Assembly (NCBI GenBank): GCA_002269645.1
Contig: NIVC01002646.1
Location: 1-64,000, forward strand
Length of the DNA: 64,000 nt
Reading direction: 5' to 3'
Source: Macrostomum lignano
Taxonomy: Eukaryota
The notes beneath the pieces were generated by a model. The model was not told where the DNA came from, did no database searches, and worked only from the letters and a program-made list of their open reading frames with translations. Shown piece by piece: positions 36,906-48,897 of this stretch; position 1 is the first letter of the stretch; every line of letters starts with the position of its first letter. Made by a program: the position numbers and the translations under genes.

Positions 36906-39900
36906 ATGTCGATGCTTGCTTGGTTTCCAGTCTCCGGGCACCAGTTGACACCGCTGTTACTTCTGCTGGTGCCAATTGACCTGATTTTGTGTCAGGTAAA
37001 TGTTATTAACATTCTTAAATAATGTTATTCTTAATGTCAGATTCTCAACCTGAGATTCTCATCTCATTGTCAGATTCTTAACCTGAGATTCTCATCTCAG
37101 TATCAGGTTCTCAACCTGAGATTCTCATCTCAGTGTCAGATTCTAAACCTAAGAATTTCATCTCAGAGTCAGATTCTCAATCTGAGATTCTTAATGTCAG
37201 ATTCTCAACCTGATATTCTCATTGTCAGATTCTCAACCTAAGATTCTCAATGTAAAGATTCTCTACCTGAGATTCTCAATTTCAGATTCCGACTATGAGA
37301 TTATTATCAAGGCTAAAGAGTCTCACTATGAGATGCAATTTTCATCTCAATACTCACAGAAAAATCCAACATTAAGAGTATTCTCCTGTCTCAACACCTG
37401 CTCAGCAGAATCGGGACCCAGATTTCGGCAATTCCAATTCCCGACTCATCCAGCATGAGCCAGGCGCCATCCTCCACAAGGAAGTGCGTCAGAAGCTTGC
37501 AACTCCAGCTGTACCAACGCAACGTCCCATACCTGACGATGTTGGCCTAGCTGGGGAGAACAACTTTGCGCTGTTGGACCCGCCAGACACTGAGTTTCAC
37601 GTTTGGCGAGCGCCGTTCCCCAGCCTCGGTGAGGCCTGGCCCCGACCGACTCGTCAGTACACCAGTCGCAGTCGGGGTCGCATTACCGCGCCGGAGCAGC
37701 TCAGCTTAGCGGCTAAAGAATTTCAGTTTGTTTTAACTAGCCCAACAGAGTCTGATTGTCCGATAGCGGTTGTTGAGCTGCTCAAAATGGCTTTTCAACG
37801 GTATAGGCGGGTGATTGTTGATCAGAGAGCCGTTAGTGTGGCCGCTGGAGCTGCCGCTGATGCTGATGGACACATTTGGCAGCTCAGTGTGCGGCTGACT
37901 ATTCAGTCTTCTGATGAAAAGTGGCGAACGGCGCCTCTGATGCCCAGTCTGGACATGGATGAGAGCTGTGAGAGCTGACTGTTTTATGTGTAACTTTCTT
38001 GATTTTGGATTTTATGTTTCTTGTAAACTGCGTGTCTTCTATACATTGCTGCAGTCGTGTGTGCGGTCAGTTTCTTCTTTTCTCTAATATTCTCTCTCCT
38101 CTCCTCTAATCTCCTCTACTCTCTTCTCCTCTGTCTCCTCTCTTCTCCTCTCCTCACCTCTTTTCTCTTCTGTCTTCTCTCTTCTCCTCTACCCGCTTCT
38201 GTCTTTCCTCTACTCTCTTATCCCTCCTTCCCTCTCCTCTCCCTACATCTATTCTCTCTTCTCTCTCCTCTCCTCTCATATTCTCTCTTCTCCCCTCTCC
38301 TTTCTTCTCCTCAATCCTCTAGCCAACTCTGCTATTAACCGCCTTAAGGGTAAAACTAGCTATGCAAAAAAGATTTGCATATAATCTACGTTATATGCGC
38401 ACAATATAACATAATAATATTATTAATTTGCTTAGTCAAAAAGGTTTTTTCCTGTCAGTGTCGCGCTATCAGTGTGGCTCGATGCATTTCTGCTCGTAGT
38501 TAATTATCTATATTTCTTCTTTAATTAACCGCTCTTAGACACGCTAAAGATTAGCAAAACTGAAGCGGTGCTCAGTGCCCCAGAGCCGTGGGGTGTTCTG
38601 CGCGGCCTGCAAACTTTCAGCCAGCTGGTGTGGCAGACTCAAGATGCAGCTGTGAGTTCCGCTTATCATTCATTATTATTACATATTTTCACATGAAGTT
38701 AGCATTGCCCGTCTGTTGTTATTAATTTCAGCTGTACGTTAACAGTACAACAATATTTGATAAGCCAAGATTCAAGCACCGCGGCTTGCTGGTGGATACG
38801 TCCCGACATTACCTAAGTATGGAGACTCTAAAAACTAATCTAGTGAGTTTCTATTGTTGATTGCACTCAGTCTGTGTGTCTGCGTTGGTGTCTGTCTGTC
38901 TGTCTCTGTGTGTCTGTCTGTCTGTCTGCCTGTCTGCCTGTCTGCCTTGGTGCCTGTCTGTTTGTCCGTCTGTCTGTCGTCTGCCTTGGTGTAGGTCTGT
39001 CTGTGTCTGTCTGTCTGTCTCTGTGTGTCTGTCTGTCTGTCTGCCTTGGTGTAGGTCTGTCTGTGTCTGTCTGTCTGTCTCTGTGTGTCTGTCTGTCTGT
39101 CTGCCTGTCTGCCTTGGTGTCTGTCTGTCTGTCTGTTTGTCCGTCTGTCTGTCTGCCTTGGTGTAGGTCTGTCTGTGTCTGTCTGCCTGTCTGTTTGTCT
39201 GTCTGCCTGTCTGTTTGTCTGTCTGTCTGTCTGCCTGTCTGTTTGTCTGTCTGTCTGTCTGTATGTCTGCATATCAGTCTGTCTTTCTGTCTGTCAGTCT
39301 GCCTTAGTGCCTGTATGTCTATCTATCCATCTATTTTTTAAACCTACAGGACGCCATGGAGATGAACAAGTTAAATGTATTTCACTGGCACATTGTGGAC
39401 GATCAGTCGTTTCCCTATCAGAGTGTGGTATTTCCTAAGCTATCTGAGAAGGTAAAAAAACGTTTTAAAGTGTTTTTTACTATGCTTTAATTATTTGTTT
39501 ACTCTAAACAACATTTTTTAACACACAGGGCGCATATGATAGTAATAGCATTTACTCATTATCCAATATTCGAGAGATAATTGAGTACGCCAGAGTTCGG
39601 GGCATACGAGTTATACCCGAGTTTGACACGCCTGGTAAGTCATGCCGAACTTTGGTTTGATAAATGCTATGAAAATCCTTCCAGCTGAAGCAAATACCTT
39701 TACCCCAGATGTTCACACACTGGCCATAGAATACAACCCCCTCTACCCCAGATGTACACACTGGTCATAGAATACAACCCCCTCTACCCCAGATGTACAC
39801 ACTGGCCATAGAATAAAACCCCCTCTATCCCAGATGTACACACTGGTCATAGAATACAACCCCCTCTACCCCAGATGTACACACTGGCCATAGAATAAAC

Positions 39901-42900
39901 CCCTCTACCCCAGATGTACACACTGGCCATAGAATACAACCCCTCTACCCCAGATGTACACACTGGCCATAGAATAAAACCCCCTCTATCCCAGATGTAC
40001 ACACACTGGCCATAGAATGAACCCCTCTACCCCAGATGTACACACTGGCCATAGAATAAAACCCCCTCTACCCCAGATGTACACACTGGCCATAGAATAC
40101 AACCCCCTCTACCCCAGATGTACACACTGGCCATAGAATACAACCCCTCTACCCCAGATGTACACACTGGCCATAGAATAAAACCCCCTCTATCCCAGAT
40201 GTACACACACTGGCCATAGAATGAACCCCTCTACCCCAGATGTACACACACTGGCCATAGAATAAAACCCCCTCTACCCCAGATGTACACACTGGCCATA
40301 GAATAAACCCCTCTACCCCAGATGTACACACTGGCCATAGAATACAACCCCCTCTACCCCAGATGTACACACTGGCCATAGAATACAACCCCCTCTACCC
40401 CAGATGTACACACTGGCTATAGAATAAAAACCCCTCTATCCCAGATGTGTACACACTGGCCATAGAATATAACCCCCTCGGCCCAGATGTACACACACTG
40501 GCCATAGAATAAAACCCCCTCACCCCAGATGTACACACATTGGCCATAGAATAAAACCCCCTCACTCCAGATGTACACACTGGCAATAAAATAGAACCCT
40601 TCTACCCCAGATGCACACATACTAAGCCTTTACTCAAGACATACACATCCTCAAGTAACTCAAAACCTTTCCATTTAGCTTAAGTTTTCTATCTATATGC
40701 TACTAAAAGCAGAAATTAAGAAACGCCATGCCTGTAAAATTTTCAGCCCACACGCACAGCTGGTCTCTTGGCTATCCGGAAATTTTCACGCAATGCTTCA
40801 ACTATGCCAACCGCTGGACCGGTTTCTATGGTCCCATGAATCCGGCATTGAATGCTACCTTCGATTTCCTTAAAAAGCTGTACGCAGAAATTTCTAGCGT
40901 ATTCAAAGATAATTATATTCATCTTGGAGCTGACGAAGTTGGCACCTCTTGTTGGTAAGTGTTTAATGTTTATCTGTTGTACTCGTAGCTTATAACAAAC
41001 ATTAATGTCAAAGCTCTATTATCACCTTACAGGGATAATAATCCCATTGTGAATCGAATGCGAGCTGATTTTGGTTTCTCTAGGAGTGATCAGCTGATTG
41101 ATTATTATTTTCGACGGTAAAGTTACTTGCTGTGTGGATTTTAGTTAGTTTGCACTCCCACTCTTCTTTTATTGAATGTTGTTTACACCGTACCAATACC
41201 CACAGATTGCAAAATATCATAACATCTTTGAGTGCCGGCAAGTCAAATAGTAATAAACGCGGTTTTATTGTATGGCAAGAGGCTTACGATCACGGTGTTA
41301 TGGTGAGTTTTGGTGACAAATGGCTTCTGATTCGAGTAAATTCGATTCTTTAGTAAATGTTGTGTGTACATCTGGGGTTGCGAGGAGGTTTTATTTTATG
41401 GCCAGTATGTGCACATCTAGGGTAAAGGGGGGTTTATTCTATGGCCAGTGTGTGTACATCTGGGGTAGAGGGGGTTGTATTCTATGGCCAGTGTGTACAT
41501 CTGGGGTAGAGGGGTTTATTCTATGGCCAGTGTGTACATCTGGGGTAGAGGGGGTTTTATTCTATGGCCAGTGTGTACATCTGGGGTAGTGGGGTTTATT
41601 CTATGGCCAGTGTGTGTACATCTGGGGTAGAGGGGTTTTATTCTATGGCCAGTGTGTGTGCATCTGGGGTAGAGTGGGGTTTATTCTATGGCCAGTGTGT
41701 GTAAATCTATGGTAGAGGGGTTTTATTCTATGGTCTATGTACATCTGGGGTAAAGGGTTTTATTCTATGGCCAGTGTGTGTACATCTGGAGTAGAGGAGT
41801 TTTTATCAGAATGATAACTAATTACAATACATTGAAGTGTAGCCAGTTTTGCAGTAAACTACAGTAACGATCTTTCTGTTTTCTAAGTTTCGAAAACTTT
41901 ATGAAAATCTAACTTAAGTTCAATAATACGCTCGTACTATTAGTAGTAGTAATACAATATGTCTTACTCTATTTTTCTCATTTTAGCTAAAGAGAGGCAC
42001 CATAGTGCAGGTATGGAAAGGCGAAGCCTCCGATGTAGCCATGGTCGCCCAAGCTGGCTACCGAGTTCTCTACAGCACCTGCTGGTACCTGGACAGGCTA
42101 GAGTACGGTCCTCAGTGGACTAAAATGTACCTGTGCGATCCTATTGCTAATTATGCTGGCACTTATAATGGCGGACCGTTTCAACAGCAGATGCCGCAGC
42201 AGCAGCCGCCACCTCAGCAGCAACAGCAGCAGCAGCCACCGCCGCCTTCTTGGATGGCCAACGTTCTTGGCGGTGAAGCCTGCATGTGGAACGAATACCA
42301 AGACGATAATACTGTGCTGCAGAGGATTTGGTAAGGCCACTTGAGGATTGACGCTGCACTCCATCAGATTTTATCTCCTTGAATCCCACACCACATCCTA
42401 TTGAATCCCACACCACATCCTATTGAATCCCACACCCCATCCTATTGAATCCCACACCACATCCTATTGAATCCCACACCACATCCTGTTAAATCCACAC
42501 CACATCCTATTGAATCCCACACCACATCCTATTGAATCCCACACCCCGTCCTATTGAATCCCACACCCCGTCCTATTGAATCCCACACCCATTCTATTGA
42601 ATCCCACACCCATCCTATTGAATCCCACACCCCATCCTATTGAATCCCACACCCATTCTATTGAATCCCACACCCATTCTATTGAATCCCACACCCATTC
42701 TATTGAATCCCACACCCATCCTATTGAATCCCACACCCATCCTATTGAATCCCACACCCCATCCTATTGAATCCCACACCCATTCTATTGAATTCCACAC
42801 CCATTCTATTGAATCCCACACCCATCCTATTGAATCCCACACCCATCCTATTGAATCCCACACCCATCCTATTGAATCCCACACCCCGTCCTATTGAATC

Positions 42901-45900
42901 CCACACCACATCCTATTGAATCCCACACCCCATCCTATTGAATCCCACACCCATTCTATTGAATCCCACACCACATCCTATTGAATCCCACACCACATGC
43001 TATTGAATCCCACATCCATTCTATTGAATTCCACACCCCACCTTATTGAATCCCACACCCATCCTATTGAATCCCACACCACATCCTATTGAATCCCACA
43101 CCACATCCTATTGAATCCCACACTACATCCTATTGAATCCCACACTACATCCTATTGAATCCCACAATTTATCATATTGAATCCCACACGAATCCCATTG
43201 AATCCCACACCAATCCTGATGAAATACCACAACTAAAACCCATAGCTCGTAAATGCTACATCTTCAACCCCAGAAACTCCGCACCACATGATCATTTAGA
43301 ATCAGATTTCAGCCTAAAGTCCTCAACGGCTCCAATTACACTTACAAACCCTGTTCATAAAGCTGGGCTACAAGCTTCACACATTCACCCCCGTGTCCCA
43401 CCAATCCAACAGGCCTCTCGCTTCCGCAGTAGCTGAGCGTCTCTGGAGCTCACCGGAGGCCACTCGCGACCTGCTAGCCGCTGGGCGCCGTATCGAAGAG
43501 CAGCGCTGCAGGATGCGAGCTCGCGGCATCCCGGTCGGCGTAGCCAGCGGCCCCGGCTCTTGTCGGCCGCCGCCACCTGCCGGCAACAGATCAAGGAATA
43601 AGCTTCCAAAAAGGAATAGAAAAATTCCAAAACTAGAGAAACAGTCGCTAACAAATCGAATGGTTGGCGTTAAGCAAACGGCGGCTCCTTTGTCTGCTAC
43701 TGGGTCTGGCTCCTCGAAAAGTGACACCGATTATGCGGACTCCGATCACGACTTGTCGTTTCGTCGATCCCTTGTTAAACGTCGAGGGCCCCAGCAGCAG
43801 CATCAAGATAAGGTAAAATCTAAATCAGTAATGTCAAAATCAGTAATGTCAAAATCAAAATCAGTAATGTCAAAATCAAATTCATTCCTGTCAAAATCAA
43901 AATCAGTAATGTCAAAATCAAAATCAGTAATGTCAAAATCAAAATCAGTAATGTCAAAATCAAAATCAGTAATGTCAAAATCAAAATCAGTAATGTCAAA
44001 ATCAAAATCAGTAATGTCAAAATCAAAATCAGTAATGTCAAAATCAAAATCAGTATCGTTAAAATCTAAATCAGTAATGTCAAAATCTAAATCAGTAATG
44101 TCAAAATCTAAATCAGTAATGTCAAAATCTAAATCAGTAATGTCAAAATCTAAATCAGTAATGTCAAAATCTAAATCAGTAATGTCAAAATCTAAATCAG
44201 TAATGTCAAAATCTAAATCAGTAATGTCAAAATCTAAATCAGTAATGTCAAAATCTAAATCAGTAATGTCAAAATCAAAATCAGTAATGTCAAAATCAAA
44301 ATCAGTAGTGTCAAAATCAAAATCAGTATCGTTAAAATCTAAATCAGTAATGTCAAAATCTAAATCAGTAATGTCAAAATCTAAATCAGTAATGTCAAAA
44401 TCAAAATCAGTAATGTCAAAAATCAAAATCAGTAGTGTTAAAATCAAAATCGGTAGTTTCAAGATCAGTAATGTCAAAATCAAAATCAGTAATGTCAAAA
44501 ATCAAAATCAGTAATGTCAAAAATCAAAATCATTGATGTCAAAATCAAAATCAGTTGTCTTAAAATTAAAATCAGTAATGTCAAAATCAAATTCATTCCT
44601 GTCAAAATCAAAATCAGTAATGTCAAAATCAAAATCAGTAATGTCAAAATCAAAATCAGTAATGTCAAAATCAAAATCAGTAATGTCAAAATCAAAATCA
44701 GTCATGCCAAAATCAAAATCAGTAATCTCAATATTAAAATCAGTAATCTCAAAATTAAGATCAGTAATGTTAAAATTAAAATCAGTAATCTCAAAATTAA
44801 AATCAGTAATGTCTAAATTAAAATCAGTAATCTCAAAATTAAAATCAGTAGCGTCAAAATCAAATTCATTCATGTCAAAATCAAAATCAGTAATCTCAAA
44901 ATAAAAAACAGTAATGCCAAAATCAAATTCATTCATGTCAAAATCAAAATCAGTAATCTCAAAATTAAAATCAGTAATGTCAAAATCAAATTCATTCATG
45001 TCAAAATCAAAATCAGTCATGTCAAAATCAAAATCAGTAATCTCAAAATTAAAATAAGTAATGTCAAAATCAAATTCATTCATGTCAAAATCAAAATCAG
45101 CAATCTCAAAATTAAAATAAGTAATGTCAAAATCAAAATCAGTCATGTCAAAATCAAAATCAGTTATCTCAAAATTAAAATCAGTAATGTCAAAATCAGA
45201 TTCATTCATGTCAAAATCAAAATCAGTCATGTCAAAATCAAAATCAGTTATCTCAAAATTAAAATCAGTAATCTCAAAATCAAATTCATTCATGTCAAAA
45301 TCAAAATCAGTAATCTTAAAATTAAAATCAGTAATCTCAAAATCAAATTCATTCATGTCAAAATCAAAATCAGTCATCTTAAAATTAAAATCAGTAATGT
45401 CAAAATCAAATTCATTCCTGTCAAAATCAAAATCAGTAATGTCAAAATCAAAATCAGTAATGTCAAAATCAAAATCAGTAATGTCAAAATCAAAATCAGT
45501 AATGTCAAAATCAAAATCAGTAATGTCAAAATCAAAATCAGTCATGTCAAAATCAAAATCAGTAATCTCAATATTAAAATCAGTAATCTCAAAATTAAGA
45601 TCAGTAATGTTAAAATTAAAATCAGTAATCTCAAAATTAAAATCAGTAATCTCAAAATTAAAATCAGTAATGTCTAAATTAAAATCAGTAATCTCAAAAT
45701 TAAAATCAGTAGCGTCAAAATCAAATTCATTCATGTCAAAATCAAAATCAGTAATCTCAAAATAAAAAACAGTAATGCCAAAATCAAATTCATTCATGTC
45801 AAAATCAAAATCAGTAATCTCAAAATTAAAATCAGTAATGCCAAAATCAAATTCATTCATGTCAAAATCAAAATCAGTAATCTCAAAATTAAAATCAGTA

Positions 45901-46706
45901 ATGTCAAAATCAAATTCATTCATGTCAAAATCAAAATCAGTCATGTCAAAATCAAAATCAGTAATCTCAAAATTAAAATAAGTAATGTCAAAATCAAATT
46001 CATTCATGTCAAAATCAAAATCAGTAATCTCAAAATTAAAATAAGTAATGTCAAAATCAAAATCAGTCATGTCAAAATCAAAATCAGTTATCTCAAAATT
46101 AAAATCAGTAATGTCAAAATCAAATTCATTCATGTCAAAATCAAAATCAGTCATGTCAAAATCAAAATCAGTTATCTCAAAATTAAAATCAGTAATCTCA
46201 AAATCAAATTCATTCATGTCAAAATCAAAATCAGTAATCTTAAAATTAAAATCAGTAATCTCAAAATCAAATTCATTCATGTCAAAATCAAAATCAGTCA
46301 TCTTAAAATTAAAATCAGTAATGTCAAAATCAAAATCATTCATGTCAAAATCAAAATCAGTAATTTCAAAATAAAAAATCAAATGCAGGTTCCAATCGCA
46401 GAGTATCAACATCGAAATAGGATTTACGCGATTTCCAAGAGCCAGCATCATCAACACCCGGTGGCTCTGTTCCTAGCCCTGGTGCTGGCAGCTCTGGCTC
46501 TGTTCCTGGTGCTGTCCAGAGCGGTGTTCGTGCTGAGAATCACCCGCTACGGTGGCAGCACCGCAGGTTTGGAGTCGGCCGGCTCCACCGAGGGCAAGGC
46601 TGCATGGCTTCTGTGGCCCTGGCTGCGGCCCCGGCGACTCCTGCTGTGTCTGGCCATTGCCGCCGCTTGCAATGTGCTGGTCTGGCTCTGGACTTCTATG
46701 GTCTGA
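36906..46706 (+). CDS. GH20 beta-N-acetylhexosaminidase (HEXA/HEXB-like), 12 coding exons, with C-terminal hydrophobic extension
   Basis: Exons 36906-36995, 37406-37967, 38539-38651, 38732-38842, 39350-39451, 39529-39634, 40747-40954, 41033-41116, 41206-41302, 41987-42330, 43413-43812 and 46389-46706, all GT-AG and in frame. Motifs: [67 protein letters not shown] (catalytic DE), [22 protein letters not shown]. The first and last exons are less certain. HEXA versus HEXB orthology cannot be assigned. Confidence 0.92.
37033..37330. repeat. Degenerate minisatellite in hexosaminidase intron 1
   Basis: Recurring TCAGATTCTCAACCTGAGATTCTCA. Confidence 0.85.
38075..38310. repeat. CT-rich low-complexity tract in hexosaminidase intron 2
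   Basis: CTCTC/CTCCT runs. Confidence 0.9.
38868..39325. repeat. (TCTG)n compound satellite in hexosaminidase intron 4
   Basis: TCTG runs punctuated by GCCTTGGTG. Confidence 0.95.
39695..40620 (+). repeat. ~40-bp minisatellite in hexosaminidase intron 6
   Basis: Unit approximately CCCCCTCTACCCCAGATGTACACACTGGCCATAGAATAAAA. Confidence 0.95.
41362..41805 (-). repeat. Same ~40-bp minisatellite, inverted, in hexosaminidase intron 9
   Basis: Unit TTATTCTATGGCCAGTGTGTACATCTGGGGTAGAGGGG is the reverse complement of the intron 6 unit. Confidence 0.95.
42380..43212. repeat. 21-22-bp minisatellite in hexosaminidase intron 10
   Basis: Unit CCCATCCTATTGAATCCCACA. Confidence 0.95.
43815..46372. repeat. 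21-bp minisatellite filling hexosaminidase intron 11
   Basis: Unit TCAAAATCAAAATCAGTAATG, with a ~840-bp higher-order duplication. Confidence 0.95.
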
Positions 46707-46767
46707 TCTTGAGCTTATTTTCATCGGCTGTTTCACTTCTGTAAATGCTTTTGGCTCTTTCTGTATT

Positions 46768-47372
46768 GTCCACTCTACTCTATCTACTCCCTACTCTATC
46801 TACTCTACTCTATCTGCTCCCTACTCTATCTACTCTACTCTATCTGCTCCCTACTCTATCCACTCTACTCTATCTGCTCCCTACTCTATCCACTCTACTC
46901 TATCTACTCCCTACTCTATCTACTCTACTCTATCTGCTCCCTACTCTATCCACTCTACTCTATCTGCTCCCTACTCTATCCACTCTACTCTATCTACTCC
47001 CTACTCTGTCCACTCTACTCTATCTACTCCCTACTCTGTCCACTCTACTCTATCTACTCCCTACTCTATCCACTCTACTCTATCTACTCTCTACTCTGTC
47101 CACTCTACTCTATCTACTCCCTACTCTATCCACTCTACTCTATCTACTCCCTACTCTGTCCACTCTACTCTATCTACTCCCTACTCTGTCCACTCTACTC
47201 TATCTACTCCCTACTCTGTCCACTCTACTCTATCTACTCCCTACTCTATCCACTCTACTCTATCTACTCTCTACTCTGTCCACTCTACTCTATCTACTCC
47301 CTACTCTATCCACTCTACTCTATCTACTCCCTACTCTGTCCACTCTACTCTATCTACTCCCTACTCTGTCCA
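46768..47372. repeat. 30-bp minisatellite downstream of the hexosaminidase stop (probable 3' UTR intron)
   Basis: Unit CACTCTACTCTATCTACTCCCTACTCTATC, bracketed by GTAAAT (46741) and CTCTAG (47379). Confidence 0.9.
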
Positions 47373-48208
47373 CCTCTAGTTTTCTAGTTAACTCTGGTTG
47401 CATCCTCTGTGCAGCATAATTTCCATGTTGATCTCGCTGTGGCACACGCTTTTTTCTAGCAAGTATTTCTACCTGTCTTACCCTTTCACTTAGTCGATCT
47501 CATCTTCATCTAGTATGCTGCTGTTTTACGTTTCAATTTTGCTAATTTTACTATTCAAATTTTGCACCGTCAAAATAGTCAGGTTATGAATGTAACTTTA
47601 AACATAACAACTTGTGCCTAACACATTAACTCTGTAATACCAGCAGCTTCCTTATTTGATTTCTGTTTGCTTCTGTTTTCGAATAGTTAGATTCGTTTTA
47701 AGCTTTGCTGTACGAATAACTATAACTATACGATAACTGCAGTGTCAGTACATAGATAATCACTACATGTGTAACTGACATCGACTCCAATATACATGTA
47801 GAAGAGACAGTATTCTAATCATTGATTATCCAATCTTTTATAAACATTTCTGATAGCACACCCTGTACTTATCAACTTTGTGTCCGGCATTTTACCCTTT
47901 AAATGTCCTTAAATCAGACTTCCCTTTTCCTTTTTCTATCTAATGCAATCGCCGTTATAACAGTTTGTAGTCAGTGCAAGTTTTAGCGCTGGGGTTGTTT
48001 ATAACAAATATCTTGTAAGAGTATATTTAGTTACATTCTGAAAATTAATAAAAATAAATTAATATTGTCGTGCATGCTTTTATTACTGAAGATTTACATC
48101 AGTTTACAGTTGAGTGTATTTTTATTCTGGATTTATTATGAAGAAAACAATTGACAAATATAACGCATCTGAAGTGTAAATATAATGATTACATTCAGAC
48201 TGTGTCCG

Positions 48209-48257
48209 ATCGGGTCTCAACGAACTATAGAAAGTTTTTCCGTTACGAGACCGTCAT
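48209..48257 (-). promoter_or_regulatory. SECIS element (type II) of the selenoprotein L-like gene
   Basis: Minus strand ATGAC-GGTCTC-GT-AACGG-AAAA-ACT-TTCTAT-AGT-TCGTT-GAGACC-CGAT. It has the non-Watson-Crick core UGAC/CGAU, helix II GGTCTC:GAGACC and AACGG:TCGTT, unpaired apical As and an apical mini-helix. Helix I is weak by eye. AATAAA follows at 48126-48121. Confidence 0.85.
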
Positions 48258-48359
48258 TAATGCGCTATATATATGTCAACTGCGTGTAATGTAATACATG
48301 TAATAAGTCTACTATTTTGGAATGGCAGAATGGATATTGGTATTTGACTGCAACATCAA

Positions 48360-48897
48360 CATCTTGTACCGACAGCAGTCCTTTCAAAACATCCTGTACA
48401 GACAGCAGTCCTTACAAAAATCCTGTACAGACAGCAGTCCTTACAAACATTTTGTACAGACAGCAGTCCTTACAAACATTTTGTACAGACAGCAGTCCTT
48501 ACAAACATCTTGTACCGACAGCAGTCCTTGCAAACATCTTGTACAGACAGCAGTCTTTGCAAACATCTTGTACAGACAGCAGTCCTTACAAACATCTACA
48601 TGTACAGACAGCAGTCTTTGCAAACATCTTGTACAGACAGCAGTCCTTACAAACATCTACATGTACAGACAGCAGTCTTTGCAAACATCTTGTACAGACA
48701 GCAGTCCTTACAAACATCTACATGTACAGACAGCAGTCTTTGCAAACATCTTGTACAGACAGCAGTCCTTACAAACATCTACATGTACAGACAGCAGTCC
48801 TTGCAAACATCTTGTACAAACAGCAATCCTTGCAAACATCTTGTACAATCGGCAGTCTTTACAAACATCCTGTACAGACAGTAGTCCCTACAAACAT
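48360..48897. repeat. 29/35-bp minisatellite between the SelL stop and the SECIS
   Basis: Unit TGTACAGACAGCAGTCCTTACAAACATCT, with or without ACATGT. Confidence 0.95.

Noticed and set aside
43803-46457. 646-aa DFDITD-repeat and SKSKSVM-repeat ORFs as independent genes
   Set aside because: They are translations of a stop-poor 21-bp minisatellite inside a GT-AG intron, with several frames open at once.
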